Shown: positions 10,100 to 20,344 of the stretch, piece by piece
How positions within the stretch are numbered: position 1 is the stretch's first letter
Layout: each line of letters begins with the position of its first letter
NCBI GenBank assembly: GCA_963715985.1
Contig: CAVQSP010000010.1
Span: 96,001-160,000 of the forward strand
Source of the DNA: an uncultured Thermoleophilia bacterium
GTDB lineage: Bacteria > Actinomycetota > Thermoleophilia > UBA2241
DNA: 64,000 nucleotides
Direction: 5' to 3'
Notes under the pieces: model-generated
What the model was told of the DNA's origin: nothing
What the model saw: only the letters and a program-made list of their open reading frames with translations
The model's database searches: none
Translations under genes and position numbers: made by a program

Positions 10100-10269
10100 C
10101 GGCATCCCAGCCGGCCGGCTGCGCGAACGCCGCGGGGTCGAGGGCGCCGAACGGCTCGCGCGAGCGTCTCGTCGAGGTCGGTGGCCAAGCCGCCACCGGG
10201 GGCGGAGTAGCGGCGCGACCATACGCGCCGCCGGCGGGTCGGCGACCCGATGGAGAGGGGAGTGCATCG

Positions 10270-11679
10270 ATGTCGCAGCGCGCGACGACGACCGTGTGGG
10301 ACGGAGAAGCGTGCGCTCGGGCGCACGCCGCCAGCCGCAGCGTCCTCGAGCGCGCCGGCGTCGAGATCGGCCATCCGGAGGCTCTGGCCCTGCTGGCGGG
10401 GGCCGGCGCGCGCGTCGAAGGCACGCGCGTCTTCATTCCCGGCGCGCTCGTGGACGACGCTCTCGTCTCCGCGCCGTCGTCCTTCGCGATCCCGGGCCGT
10501 GGCCGAGGCGGGATGCAGCTCGAGCAGGGCTGCTCATGGTTTGGCACGGGCCCCGATTGCCTGTATCTGCATGACCCCATCACGGGGACACGGCGGCGCG
10601 CCCGGCTGGACGATATCGTCGCGAGCGCCGACCTCTGCGACAAGCTCGACCAGGTCGACTTCATCATGTCGATGGGCCTGCCCGAAGACGCACCACTCGC
10701 GTCCGAGGACCTGCTGCAGTTCGCAGCCATGCTCGACGGGACGTCCAAGCCCTTGATCGTCTCGACGAGTCACGGCGGCGACGGACTCGAGGCGATGCGC
10801 GAGATGGCGGGCCTGTGCGGCGAGCCGGCGAGCTTCGGCTGCCTCACGATGTCGTCCCCGCCGCTCAGCTTCGACCACGCCGCCATCGACAAGCTCATCG
10901 CCTGCGCCCGCCTGGGCATCCCGGTGATCCTCGCCCCGGCGCCTTCGGCCGGCGCCACCGCGCCGGCGTCCATCTCCTCGGCCATCGTCGTCGGCGACGC
11001 CGAGGTGCTCGCCGGACTCTGCGTGCAGCAACTCGCTCGCCCAGGAGCACCGTTCGTCTACGGCGTCGGCGCCTGTGCGTTCGACATGCGCATGGCGGTC
11101 GACGCCTACGTGATCCCCGAGGCCTTCCTGGCCAACCAGGCGGGCTGCGACCTGGCACGCTCGTACGGCCTGCCGAGCTGGGCCTACGCCGGGCCGTCAG
11201 ACGCCAAGGCGCTCGACGGGCAGTGGGCGGCGGAGGTGGCGATCACGACCCTGCTGGGCGCGCTCTCGGGGGCGACCCTGCTCCACGACCTCGGCTACAT
11301 GGAGTCGGGCATGGCCGGCGCCCAGGAAGCGATCGTGTTCGGCGCCGAGCTCGTCGGCTTCGCGCGCGCCTTCATGCGCGATCTGCCGCTGGACCCAGAG
11401 GCGCTGCAGATCGAGGAGATCGTCGCCGTGGGACCGCGCGGCAACCACTTGGCCCGGCCGTACACCCGCCGGCACCACCGCGACTTCTGGAAGACCGACA
11501 TCCTCGACCATGCGCCCTACGAACGCTGGCAGGCGGCGGGCGGGACGACGCTGCGGGAGCGCGTTCGGCAGCGCACCCGCGACCTGCTGGCCGCCGAGCG
11601 CGCGACGCGGCTTCCCGACCACACTCGGCGGGACTTCGACCGCATCATCTCCGCGGTGGCGGACAGGCGGCAGTCGTAG
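10270..11679 (+). CDS. Trimethylamine methyltransferase (MttB) superfamily protein, non-pyrrolysine
   Basis: APAPSAGATAP, YAGPSDAK (Pro at the usual Pyl position), HDLGYMESG, W+AAGG tail; GGAG RBS. Confidence 0.88.
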   Translation: MSQRATTTVWDGEACARAHAASRSVLERAGVEIGHPEALALLAGAGARVEGTRVFIPGALVDDALVSAPSSFAIPGRGRGGMQLEQGCSWFGTGPDCLYLHDPITGTRRRARLDDIVASADLCDKLDQVDFIMSMGLPEDAPLASEDLLQFAAMLDGTSKPLIVSTSHGGDGLEAMREMAGLCGEPASFGCLTMSSPPLSFDHAAIDKLIACARLGIPVILAPAPSAGATAPASISSAIVVGDAEVLAGLCVQQLARPGAPFVYGVGACAFDMRMAVDAYVIPEAFLANQAGCDLARSYGLPSWAYAGPSDAKALDGQWAAEVAITTLLGALSGATLLHDLGYMESGMAGAQEAIVFGAELVGFARAFMRDLPLDPEALQIEEIVAVGPRGNHLARPYTRRHHRDFWKTDILDHAPYERWQAAGGTTLRERVRQRTRDLLAAERATRLPDHTRRDFDRIISAVADRRQS

Positions 11680-11839
11680 GAGCTCAGGGTCGGCGTGCCG
11701 TGAGCGCCTCGGCCGGCACGCGACCTGCTCGGCGACGAAGCCTGCGAGAAGCCTGCGCGCACACGTCTGGATTCACAGGACGCACGCGTCGCGAAGCACG
11801 CCATCCTACGTTACGGCCCCCTCGAGCTTGCGCGGGAGG

Positions 11840-12026
11840 TCGTTTCGACCACGCCATGCACGACCGCCGGGCGACCGGCGGCGGGACGACGCTCGAGGAG
11901 CGCGTGCGCGCCAAGTCGGCGCTCTTGCGTTCCGGCGCACGTAAGTTCAGTCTCACGGCCATGCAGGAAGAACGCCTCGAGACCATCCTCAGCGAGGATC
12001 TCGCCGGGTGGGACGCACCGCTGTGA
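11840..12026 (+). pseudogene. C-terminal remnant of a second MttB-family gene
   Basis: FDHAMHDRRATGGGTTLEERVRAK resembles LDHAPYERWQAAGGTTLRERVRQR of the upstream gene. Confidence 0.65.
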
Positions 12027-12129
12027 CCTTCGCGGCCTTCGCGGGAGCGTGCCTGCAGCCCGACTCTCGTGCAAGACGGCTCCCTGCGGCGTGCGCGCCG
12101 CCGCCGCCCACGCCGACCCGGTCGGCGGC

Positions 12130-12625
12130 GTGACATCGGGAGCCGTGCCGGGCTTCGTCGCCGCGACGACGTGGCGAGACCTCCCAGCCGACGTGCAGGA
12201 GCGCGCCCGGCTCTGCCTGATCGACGATCTGGGTGCCCTGCTCGCGGGCCTGAGCGCTCCCATAGCGGGCATCACGGCCGGCGTGGCCCGCAGAGTCTGG
12301 GGCGGCGACGAGGCCACCATCTTCTTCGACGGCGCCCGCGCCGGCGCTGCGGGGGCGGCCTTCGCGAACGCGAGCGCCGCCAACGGCACCGACGTCGACG
12401 ACTGCGCTCTGTACACGTGGGGCCACCCCGGAGCGCAGCTCTTCCCCGCCGCCCTGGCGGTGGCCGAGCGCGAGGCCCTGCCCGGGGCAGCGCTGCTCGC
12501 CGGCCTGGTCGTGGGCTACGAGGTGGCGTTCCGCGCCGGTCGCTGCATGCACGACGCGGAAGCCTACTATCGCTCCTGTGGATCCTGGGGGTCGCTGGCC
12601 TGCGCGGCGGCGGTCGCCAACCTCC
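12130..12625 (+). pseudogene. MmgE/PrpD family protein, N-terminal third only
   Basis: AAFANASAANGTDVDD, GHPGA, GYEV motifs; similarity ends at about residue 165. Confidence 0.75.
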
Positions 12626-14449
12626 CTGGCACGCCGGCGTGCGGGCGGCCGTGCGATCCTCTTGCTCGTGCTGATGACGCTCGTGGGGCTCGTGGCCGCG
12701 TCCACTGCGTCCGCCTCGAGCCCTTCAGCCTCCCCCGCCACCGCCACGACGTTCCGCGTCGGCTGGCTGCTCGAGCCCGAGAACCTCAACCCGTTCGTCG
12801 GGCTCCTCGGCCAGGACTACGAGATCTGGCACCTCAACTACGACCTCCTCGTCGGATTCGACACGAAGACCCTGTCGCCGCGCCCGGAGATCGCCACCAG
12901 CTGGAGCATCTCACCGGACGGCAAGACCTGGACCTTCAAGATCCGCGAGGGCGTCAAGTGGCAGGACGGCGAGCCGTTGACAGCCAAGGATGTCGCGTTC
13001 ACGTTCAACTACATCGTCGACAACAACCTGCTGAACCTCGCCATCTACACGGGCGGCATCAACGGCGCCAGGGCGTTGGACGACACGACGTGCGAAGTCA
13101 CCACAGACAAGCCCAAGTCGAACATGCTGGCCATGTTCGTGCCCATCATCCCGGAGCACGTCTGGAGCAAGATCTCCGGCGAGGAGGCCAGCACCACGTA
13201 CGAGAACCCGTTGCCCATCGTCGGATCCGGGCCGTTCCAGGTCGTCGAGTGGCAGAAGAACAAGTACATCCGCCTCGCGGCGAACAAGGACTATTGGGGC
13301 GGCGCCCCAAGGGTGGACCAGGTCATCTTCGAGACCTACAGCAACGCGGACACCATGGTCGCCGACCTCAAGGCGGGCACCCTCGACGCCGCCACCGGAC
13401 TGCCCCAGACGCAGGTGCCGATCCTCGAGAAGACCTCCGGCGTCACCAACCTCAAGGGCACCTTCTTCCGTTTCAATGAGCTCGGCTTCAACTGCTACGA
13501 CTCGCCGGACTCGCAGGGCAACCCGGTACTGCTCGACACCGCCTTCCGCCACGCCCTGAACTGGGCCATCGACCGTCAGAAGATCGTCGACGTCGCCTTC
13601 TTCGGCCAGGCCGACGTCGGCCAGACGCTCATGCCGCCCTACTCGCCCTACCATTGGGAGCCGCCCGCGGACCAGGCGTATACCTTCGACCCCGCCAAGG
13701 CCGAGACGGAGCTCGACGCGGCCGGCTACAAAGACGTCGACGGTGACGGCTTCCGCGAGACCAAGGCCGGCAAGCCGCTCAGCCTGGAGATGCTCGCGAC
13801 CACCGACTCGCCCGAGAGCCAGTCGGCCGGCAAGCTGATCGCCGGCTGGTTCAAGGACGTCGGCCTGAAGATCGTCTACAAGGTCGTCGACTCCGGCGTG
13901 CTCCTGGACGAGCAGTACAACTACGAGGGCGACACATACGCTCCCTCCCACGACATGTACATCTGGTTCTGGACCACCGACATCGATCCCGAGGCGCAGC
14001 TGGGTGTACTGACGCCGATGCAGATCGAGGGCTGGAGCGACACCCTCTGGACGGACCCCGAGTACACGCGACTGTTCAAGCAGCAGGAGCAGACCATCGA
14101 CGTCGAGCAGCGCATCCCCATGGTGCAGCGGATGCAGGAGATCGCGTGGCAGTCGTCTCCGTACGTGGTCTTCGCCTATCCCTTCCAGCTCGAGGCGTAT
14201 CGCAGCGACAAGTGGCAGGGCGTGACCCCGTCGCCGACCGACTACTCCGGGTACGACGGCTCCGCGTTCTACGGCTACATGAACATCGACAGCTACCGCT
14301 TCGTCGAGCCGGCCGCCGTCACCACGGCCACTCAGGAGGCCGGCGCCAACACGACGGTGCTCATGATCGTCGGCATCGTCGCGGCTCTGGTCGTGATCGC
14401 GCTCGAGGGGATCGTGATCCGGCGGCGGACCCGGTCAGTCGAGGGCTGA
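12620..14449 (+). CDS. ABC peptide/nickel-family (family 5) substrate-binding protein with C-terminal TM anchor; start uncertain
   Basis: SPDGKTWTFKIREGVKWQDGEPLTAKDVAFT, GSGPF, RHALNWAIDR; hydrophobic signal-like N-terminus and C-terminal TM followed by RRR. Confidence 0.88.
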   Translation, partial: TSLARRRAGGRAILLLVLMTLVGLVAASTASASSPSASPATATTFRVGWLLEPENLNPFVGLLGQDYEIWHLNYDLLVGFDTKTLSPRPEIATSWSISPDGKTWTFKIREGVKWQDGEPLTAKDVAFTFNYIVDNNLLNLAIYTGGINGARALDDTTCEVTTDKPKSNMLAMFVPIIPEHVWSKISGEEASTTYENPLPIVGSGPFQVVEWQKNKYIRLAANKDYWGGAPRVDQVIFETYSNADTMVADLKAGTLDAATGLPQTQVPILEKTSGVTNLKGTFFRFNELGFNCYDSPDSQGNPVLLDTAFRHALNWAIDRQKIVDVAFFGQADVGQTLMPPYSPYHWEPPADQAYTFDPAKAETELDAAGYKDVDGDGFRETKAGKPLSLEMLATTDSPESQSAGKLIAGWFKDVGLKIVYKVVDSGVLLDEQYNYEGDTYAPSHDMYIWFWTTDIDPEAQLGVLTPMQIEGWSDTLWTDPEYTRLFKQQEQTIDVEQRIPMVQRMQEIAWQSSPYVVFAYPFQLEAYRSDKWQGVTPSPTDYSGYDGSAFYGYMNIDSYRFVEPAAVTTATQEAGANTTVLMIVGIVAALVVIALEGIVIRRRTRSVEG

Positions 14450-14729
14450 CCCGACCGGGTCGGCCGCGAGCTTGGGCGGCGGCGGGGCGAAGCGCCTCGC
14501 CGCCGCCTTTCCATGGTCCTGGAGCCGGCGCGGCGCGTCCGCGGACGCTCCTGACGGCGCCCGCGCGCTCGAGGCGCGCGGGCCGAGTCGTCAACGGCCA
14601 GCGCTCCGCAGGGTGTACACTCTCCTCCTCGTGCGCGCTCCTCTATCCGAAACCGCCCCTCCTCTCGCGATGCCCCCCCACGCATCCGTGGGTCGTCGCC
14701 CGCACGCGGCCGCCTGACCGCGGCCGCGC

Positions 14730-14758
14730 TGTAACTTCCTCGGCCGTGACCGCGTCTA
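14730..14758 (+). promoter_or_regulatory. ECF-sigma-type promoter
   Basis: TGTAAC-N17-CGTCTA about 20 nt upstream of the ECF sigma gene. Confidence 0.6.
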
Positions 14759-14775
14759 ACCTCCACAAGTGGGCT

Positions 14776-15349
14776 TTGCTCCCCGACCCGTCACCCGCCG
14801 ACCTCGCGCGGGCGGCCACCGGCGATGCGGAAGCCTTCACCCTGATCGTGGAGCGCTATCAAGGCATGGTCTACTCGGTGGCGTACAACGTGCTCGGCAA
14901 CCACACGGACGCCGAAGACGCGGCGCAGGAGGCGTTCCTGCGCTGCTACCGCAAGCTGTCGCAGTACCGCAGCGAGGCCACGTTCAGCACCTGGCTGTTC
15001 CGGCTCGCGCTCACGGCGGCTGTGGACTACCGCCGCCGCGAGCGGGCGCGCCCCGAGCCCGTGGAGGTTCCCGGACCTCGCCGGAGAGGTGAGCGAGGTC
15101 CCGGACGGGGTCGACGCCGCCACCATCGTGGCGGCCCTCGCCGACCTGCCCGAGGACTACCGCGTGCCCACCGTGCTCCGCGACGTGTACGGCCTGCCCT
15201 ACCAGGAGATCGCCGAGCTCACCGGGCGGCCGCTCGGCACCGTCAAGGTCATGGTGCACCGCGGCCGCGCCTCTCTGCGGCTCAAGTTGCGCGCCGGCGG
15301 CGTGCGGCAGGGCGCGGATGTCCCGTCTGGTCCCCGAGGAGACGCCTGA
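14776..15349 (+). CDS. ECF RNA polymerase sigma factor (frameshift near 15080)
   Basis: GDAEAF, DAEDAAQEAF, FSTWLFR in one frame; LPEDYR..LPYQEIAE..GTVK..HRGR in the next. Confidence 0.88.
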
Positions 15350-15780
15350 TGGATTGCAGCTACTTCCGCGAGCGCATCAACACCTACGTGGACGGCGAGA
15401 TGGGCTATCTGGAGGTGGCCGAACTGCAGGCGCACCTCAGCTTCTGCCCGGACTGCGCCGCCGAGCTCGCCCAGGTGGGCGAGGCCCGCGGCGCCCTCGC
15501 CGCGTGGGGGCGGCTCGAACTGACCACGCCGCCCGGCTTCGCGGAGCGCGTGATGGCGGCGGTCGAGCTCGAGCCGGTGCCCGGCACGCCCAAGCCACTC
15601 GGCCAGGTCGTCGAGGACGTGCTGCAGAAGCTCGACGACACGCTGGGCAGCATCTCGCTGCCGGGCGGGCGCACCATCCCCGTCAAGAACCTCATCGGCT
15701 GGGGCCTCGCCACGGCCGCCGTCGTCATCGGCATCGAGAGTGGGCGCGGGCGGCGCAACAGGGAGCTGACACCGCTGTGA
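15349..15780 (+). CDS. Zinc-binding (zf-HC2) anti-sigma factor
   Basis: MDC..YVDGE..HLSFCPDC motif; C-terminal hydrophobic segment. Confidence 0.85.
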   Translation: MDCSYFRERINTYVDGEMGYLEVAELQAHLSFCPDCAAELAQVGEARGALAAWGRLELTTPPGFAERVMAAVELEPVPGTPKPLGQVVEDVLQKLDDTLGSISLPGGRTIPVKNLIGWGLATAAVVIGIESGRGRRNRELTPL

Positions 15781-16253
15781 AGCTGGACCGCGCCCAGATA
15801 GAGGCCCTGCTGCCGCACCGCCCGCCGTTTCTGCTCGTCGACGAGGTCGTCGAGGGCGAACCGGGCGTGCGCTGCGTAGCGCTCCGCACGCTCCGCGACG
15901 AGGACTTCTGGTTCGCCGGGCACTTCCCCGGCAACCCCGTGATGCCCGGCGTGCTCATCGTCGAGGCCCTCGCCCAGGCGGCCACCATCGCGGCGGCCAG
16001 CGGGGCGGCCGAGGGCGGCGAGAGCATGGCCGGCAAAGTCGGTCTGTTCGCCGGCATCGACAAGGTGCGCTTCAAGCGCGTCGTCAAGCCGGGTGACACC
16101 ATGCGGCTCGAGGCCGAGATCACGAGCTTCCGCGGGCCGGTGGGCAAGTGCAGCGTCAAGGCGACGGTGGACGGCCAGCTCGCCTGCCGCGGCGAGCTCA
16201 TGTTCGCCATCGTCGACGCCGGCGCCATCGCCGCCGGGGAGGCGAAGCTGTGA
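15777..16253 (+). CDS. fabZ: 3-hydroxyacyl-ACP dehydratase
   Basis: LPHRPPFLLVD, GHFPGNPVMPGVLIVEALAQ. Confidence 0.96.
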   Translation: MKLDRAQIEALLPHRPPFLLVDEVVEGEPGVRCVALRTLRDEDFWFAGHFPGNPVMPGVLIVEALAQAATIAAASGAAEGGESMAGKVGLFAGIDKVRFKRVVKPGDTMRLEAEITSFRGPVGKCSVKATVDGQLACRGELMFAIVDAGAIAAGEAKL

Positions 16254-17257
16254 TCGGGCTCCGCCGCGGCCTGGTCCGCGGGGCCCGCATCTCCGCGCTC
16301 GGCGTGCACGTGCCCGAGCGCGTGCTCACCAACGACGAGATCAGCCAGTTCCTGGACACGTCGGACGAGTGGATCACCACGCGCACCGGCATCCGCGAGC
16401 GCCGCATCGCGCGCGTGGACGAGGCGGCGAGTGACCTCGGCGAAGTCGCCGCCCGGCGCTGTCTGGAGTCGGCCGGCCTGGACGCGGGCGAGCTGGACCT
16501 GGTCATCGTGACCACCATCTCGCCCGACCACATCATGCCGGCCACGGCCTCCATCGTGGCCGACAAGATCGGCGCCGTGAAGGCCGGGGCCTTCGACGTG
16601 CAGGCCGGCTGCACCGGCTTCGTCTACGGCCTCGCCATCGCCACGGCGTTCGTCTCCGCCAACATCTACACCAACGTGCTCGTGCTCGGCGCCGAGGTGC
16701 TCAGCAAGATGGTGGACTGGGAGGACCGCGGCACCTGCGTGCTCTTCGGGGACGGCGCCGGCGCGGTGCTCGTGCAGCCCACCGACAACGGCAGCATCTT
16801 CAGCTTCGACCTCGGTAACGACGGCAGCGGCGCCCCCAACCTGCTGGTGCCGGCCGGCGGCAGCCGCTCGCCGGCCACGTTCGAGACGGTGCGCAATCAC
16901 GAGCACGCCATGCACATGACCGGCAGCGAGGTGTTCAAGTTCGCCACACGGACCGTCGTGGATTCGTGCCAGAAGGTCCTCTCCGACGCCGGCATCGGCG
17001 TGGAGGACGTCGACCTGTTCGTCCCGCACCAGGCCAACATCCGCATCATCGAGTCGGCGTCGCGCCGCCTGGGCATGCGTGAAGGCCAGGTGTTCGCCAA
17101 CCTCGACCGCTACGGCAACACGTCGTGTGCCTCCATCCCCATCTGCCTGCACGAGGCCAGCCAGAACGGCCGTCTGAAGAAGGGCGACACGCTTCTGATG
17201 GCCGGCTTCGGCGCCGGGCTCACGTGGGGCTCGTGCCTGACCAAGTGGGAGCTGTGA
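16250..17257 (+). CDS. fabH: Beta-ketoacyl-ACP synthase III
   Basis: DTSDEWITTRTGI, AGCTGF, PHQAN, GNTS, GFGAGLTWG. Confidence 0.97.
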   Translation: MIGLRRGLVRGARISALGVHVPERVLTNDEISQFLDTSDEWITTRTGIRERRIARVDEAASDLGEVAARRCLESAGLDAGELDLVIVTTISPDHIMPATASIVADKIGAVKAGAFDVQAGCTGFVYGLAIATAFVSANIYTNVLVLGAEVLSKMVDWEDRGTCVLFGDGAGAVLVQPTDNGSIFSFDLGNDGSGAPNLLVPAGGSRSPATFETVRNHEHAMHMTGSEVFKFATRTVVDSCQKVLSDAGIGVEDVDLFVPHQANIRIIESASRRLGMREGQVFANLDRYGNTSCASIPICLHEASQNGRLKKGDTLLMAGFGAGLTWGSCLTKWEL

Positions 17258-17344
17258 GCTTCACGCAGCCGCGCGCAGGCCGGCTTCGCCGCGTTTCGGG
17301 GTAAGCATGGTGTCACGGAGATCCGCAACGTCCCGGAGGACGTC

Positions 17345-18277
17345 ATGAAGAAGCTCGCACTCATGTTCCCAGGTCAGGGGTCGCAGGCAGTCGGAATGGG
17401 CTGTGACCTCTGCGCCGCATATCCGCAGATGCGGGACTCGTACCGCGAGGCATCGGAGGTTCTCGACTTCGACCTCGAGAGCATCTGCGCCGCGGGTCCG
17501 GCCGAGCGGCTCGCACGCACCGACATCACGCAGCCGGCGCTGCTCGCCAACTCCCTCGGCATCTTCCGCATCCTCGCGGACGAGGGGCTGCGCTTCGACG
17601 CCGCCTTCGGTCACAGCGTGGGCGAGTACTCGGCCCTGGTCGCCACCGGCGCGCTCTCGTTCGAGGACGGGCTGCACCTCGTGCGGCGGCGCGGCGAGGA
17701 GATGCTGCGCGCCGCCGATGCGGCGGCGGGCGGCATGGCCGCCGTCATCGGCCTGCCCGACGAGAGCGTGGAAGAGCTGTGCGCCGGCCTGGAGGGCGTG
17801 TGGCCGGCCAATTTCAACAGCCCCGGCCAGGTCGTTGTGAGCGGCACCAGGGCCGGTTTGGACGCTCTGGCCGCCAAGGCCACGGAGGCAGGCGCCCGCA
17901 AGGTCATGCCGCTGGCTGTGAGCGGCGCCTTTCACTCGCCCTTGATGGTGCCGGCCCAGGCGCCGCTGCGCGCCGAGCTCGAGCGCACCCCGTGGAGGAC
18001 TCCGGACCCCGGGTTCTTCTCGGTCAGCAGCGTGGCCTTTGAGACGGGTGACTTCGTCGAGCTGCTCGCCCGGCAGCTCGTCTCGCCGGTGCGTTTCACG
18101 CAGTCGGTGAACACGCTCTACGCAGCAGGGTATGATTCGTTCCTTGAAGTGGGGCCGGGGAGCGTGCTCAGCGGCCTGGTGCGGCGCATCACCCCCGAAG
18201 CATCGGTGGCTCGGGCCTCCGATCTGGACAGCATCGGGGCGCTCCGCGAAGACGCAGACTACTGGGAGGTCGCGTGA
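17345..18277 (+). CDS. fabD: Malonyl-CoA:ACP transacylase
   Basis: FPGQGSQ, GHSVGEY, SGAFHS. Confidence 0.97.
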   Translation: MKKLALMFPGQGSQAVGMGCDLCAAYPQMRDSYREASEVLDFDLESICAAGPAERLARTDITQPALLANSLGIFRILADEGLRFDAAFGHSVGEYSALVATGALSFEDGLHLVRRRGEEMLRAADAAAGGMAAVIGLPDESVEELCAGLEGVWPANFNSPGQVVVSGTRAGLDALAAKATEAGARKVMPLAVSGAFHSPLMVPAQAPLRAELERTPWRTPDPGFFSVSSVAFETGDFVELLARQLVSPVRFTQSVNTLYAAGYDSFLEVGPGSVLSGLVRRITPEASVARASDLDSIGALREDADYWEVA

Positions 18278-19029
18278 GCGTCGAGCTTGACCTGACGGGC
18301 AGCGTGGCGCTGGTCACCGGCGCGGGCCGTGGCATCGGCCGCGCCATCGCACTCAGCCTGGCAGCCGCCGGCGCCGACGTGGCCGTCAACGACTTCGCCG
18401 ACGAGGCGGCCTGTGAGGCCGTGGTCGCCGAGGTCGAGGCGCTCGGTCGCAAGGGCCTCGTCGTCATGGCCGATGTGGCCGACGAGGAGCAGGTCGGCGC
18501 CATGGTCGAGCGCGCCGAGAGCGACCTCGGCCCGCTCTCCATCGTGGTCAACAACGCCGGCATCACGCGCGACAACGTGGTCATGCTGATGGACCCCGGC
18601 GACTTCGACAGCGTCGTGGCCACGCACCTGCGCGGCACCTTCCTCGTCAGCAAGGCGGCGGCGCGCAAGATGTTCCGCCGCCGCGCGGGCTGTATCATCA
18701 ACCTCTCCAGCGTGGTCGGGCGCCGCGGCAACGCGGGGCAGGCCAACTACGCGGCGGCCAAGGCGGGCGTCATCGGCCTCACCAAATCGCTGGCCAAAGA
18801 GCTCGGCGCCCGCGGCGTGCGCGTCAACGCCATCGCGCCCGGCTACATCGACACACCCATGACACAGGCCCTGCCCGAGGAGACACGCAGACTCATCGTG
18901 GACGCCACACCGCTCAAGCAGATCGGCAGCGCCGACGACGTGGCCGGCGCGGTGGTCTATCTGGCTTCCCCGCAGGCGCGCTTCATCACCGGCGTCACGC
19001 TGCCGGTGGATGGCGGGCTGGGCATCTGA
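18274..19029 (+). CDS. fabG: 3-oxoacyl-ACP reductase
   Basis: TGAGRGIG, NNAGITRD, GQANYAAAK. Confidence 0.95.
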   Translation: MSVELDLTGSVALVTGAGRGIGRAIALSLAAAGADVAVNDFADEAACEAVVAEVEALGRKGLVVMADVADEEQVGAMVERAESDLGPLSIVVNNAGITRDNVVMLMDPGDFDSVVATHLRGTFLVSKAAARKMFRRRAGCIINLSSVVGRRGNAGQANYAAAKAGVIGLTKSLAKELGARGVRVNAIAPGYIDTPMTQALPEETRRLIVDATPLKQIGSADDVAGAVVYLASPQARFITGVTLPVDGGLGI

Positions 19030-19054
19030 CGGCGGGGACGCGGACGGTACCTGA

Positions 19055-20299
19055 ATGACAGCAACGCGCAGAGTGGTGGTCACCGGCCTGGGGGTCATCT
19101 CCCCGCTGGGCAACGACGTGGACACGTTCTGGCGGCGGTTGGTGGCCGGCGAGTCCGGCGTGGCGGAGATCACCCGCTTCGACACCTCGGACCAGAAGGT
19201 CCACATCGCCGGCGAGGTCAAGGACTTCGACCCGGAGCAGTACATCGAGAAGCGCACCGTGCGGCGCCTGGACCTCTTCTCGCGCTACGCGGTAGCGGCC
19301 GCAAAGACCGCGGCCGCCGACGCCGACTTCGACCCGCGCGCCGAAGAAGAGCGCGTGGGCGCGGTCATCGGTAGCGGGGTGGGCGGCCTGCAGACGCTGC
19401 AGAGCGAGGTCGAGAAGCTCATCGAGAAGGGCCCGGACCGGGTCAACCCGCTGCTGGTGCCGATGATGATCCCCAACATGGGGGCGGCGCACGTCTCGCT
19501 GGAGCTGGGCACCAAGGGTCCTCTCAGCGCCACCTGTACCGCCTGCGCCGCCGGCTCGGACGCCATCGGGTACGCGTCGCGCATCATCCGTGCGGGCAAC
19601 GCCGAGGTGATGTTCGCCGGCGGCAGCGAGGCACCCATCAGCCCCGTGGGCGTGGGCGGCTTCGCCGCCGCGCGCGCCCTGAGCCTGCGCAACGACGACC
19701 CGGCCGGCGCGTCGCGCCCGTTCGACGCCGGCCGCGACGGCTTCGTGATCGGCGAGGGCGCCGGCTGCCTCGTGCTCGAGGAGCTCGAGCACGCACGCGC
19801 CCGCGGCGCCCGCATCTACGCCGAGCTTGCCGGTGCCGGCATGAGCTCCGACGCCTTCCACATGACGCTGCCCGACGAGAGCGGCGAGTCGCAGGCGCGC
19901 GCCATCCTCTCGGCGCTTGAAGAGGCCGAGATCGATCCTTCGGCCGTGGACTACATCAACGCTCACGGCACGGCCACTGCGGCCGGCGACATCGCCGAGA
20001 CCCGGGCCATCAAGCAGGCCCTGGGCGACCACGCCTACGACGTGCCGATCTCGTCCAACAAGTCCATGATCGGCCACTGCCTGGGCGCCGCCGGCGCCAT
20101 CGAAGCGGTGGCCACCGTCCTCACCATCGTCAACAGTCTGATCCCGCCGACGATCAACCTCACCGATCCGGACCCCGAGTGCGATCTCGACTACGTGCCT
20201 CTGGTGTCGCGGTTCGGGCGGGTCGACGTGGCCGCCAGCAACAGCTTCGGCTTCGGCGGCCACAACGTCGCCCTGGTCTTCAGCCGTCTCGACGGCTGA
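19055..20299 (+). CDS. fabF: Beta-ketoacyl-ACP synthase II
   Basis: RRVVVTGLG, TACAAG, NAHGT, KSMIGH, NSFGFGGHN. Confidence 0.97.
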   Translation: MTATRRVVVTGLGVISPLGNDVDTFWRRLVAGESGVAEITRFDTSDQKVHIAGEVKDFDPEQYIEKRTVRRLDLFSRYAVAAAKTAAADADFDPRAEEERVGAVIGSGVGGLQTLQSEVEKLIEKGPDRVNPLLVPMMIPNMGAAHVSLELGTKGPLSATCTACAAGSDAIGYASRIIRAGNAEVMFAGGSEAPISPVGVGGFAAARALSLRNDDPAGASRPFDAGRDGFVIGEGAGCLVLEELEHARARGARIYAELAGAGMSSDAFHMTLPDESGESQARAILSALEEAEIDPSAVDYINAHGTATAAGDIAETRAIKQALGDHAYDVPISSNKSMIGHCLGAAGAIEAVATVLTIVNSLIPPTINLTDPDPECDLDYVPLVSRFGRVDVAASNSFGFGGHNVALVFSRLDG

Positions 20300-20344
20300 G
20301 GCGGGGTCGTTGGGCTGGCTCGCGCGCGGGGCGGAGTCGACATC

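Noticed and set aside
10270-11679. Pyrrolysine-containing MttB
   Set aside because: No in-frame TAG; the Pyl-equivalent position (G-x-SDAK) is CCG (Pro)
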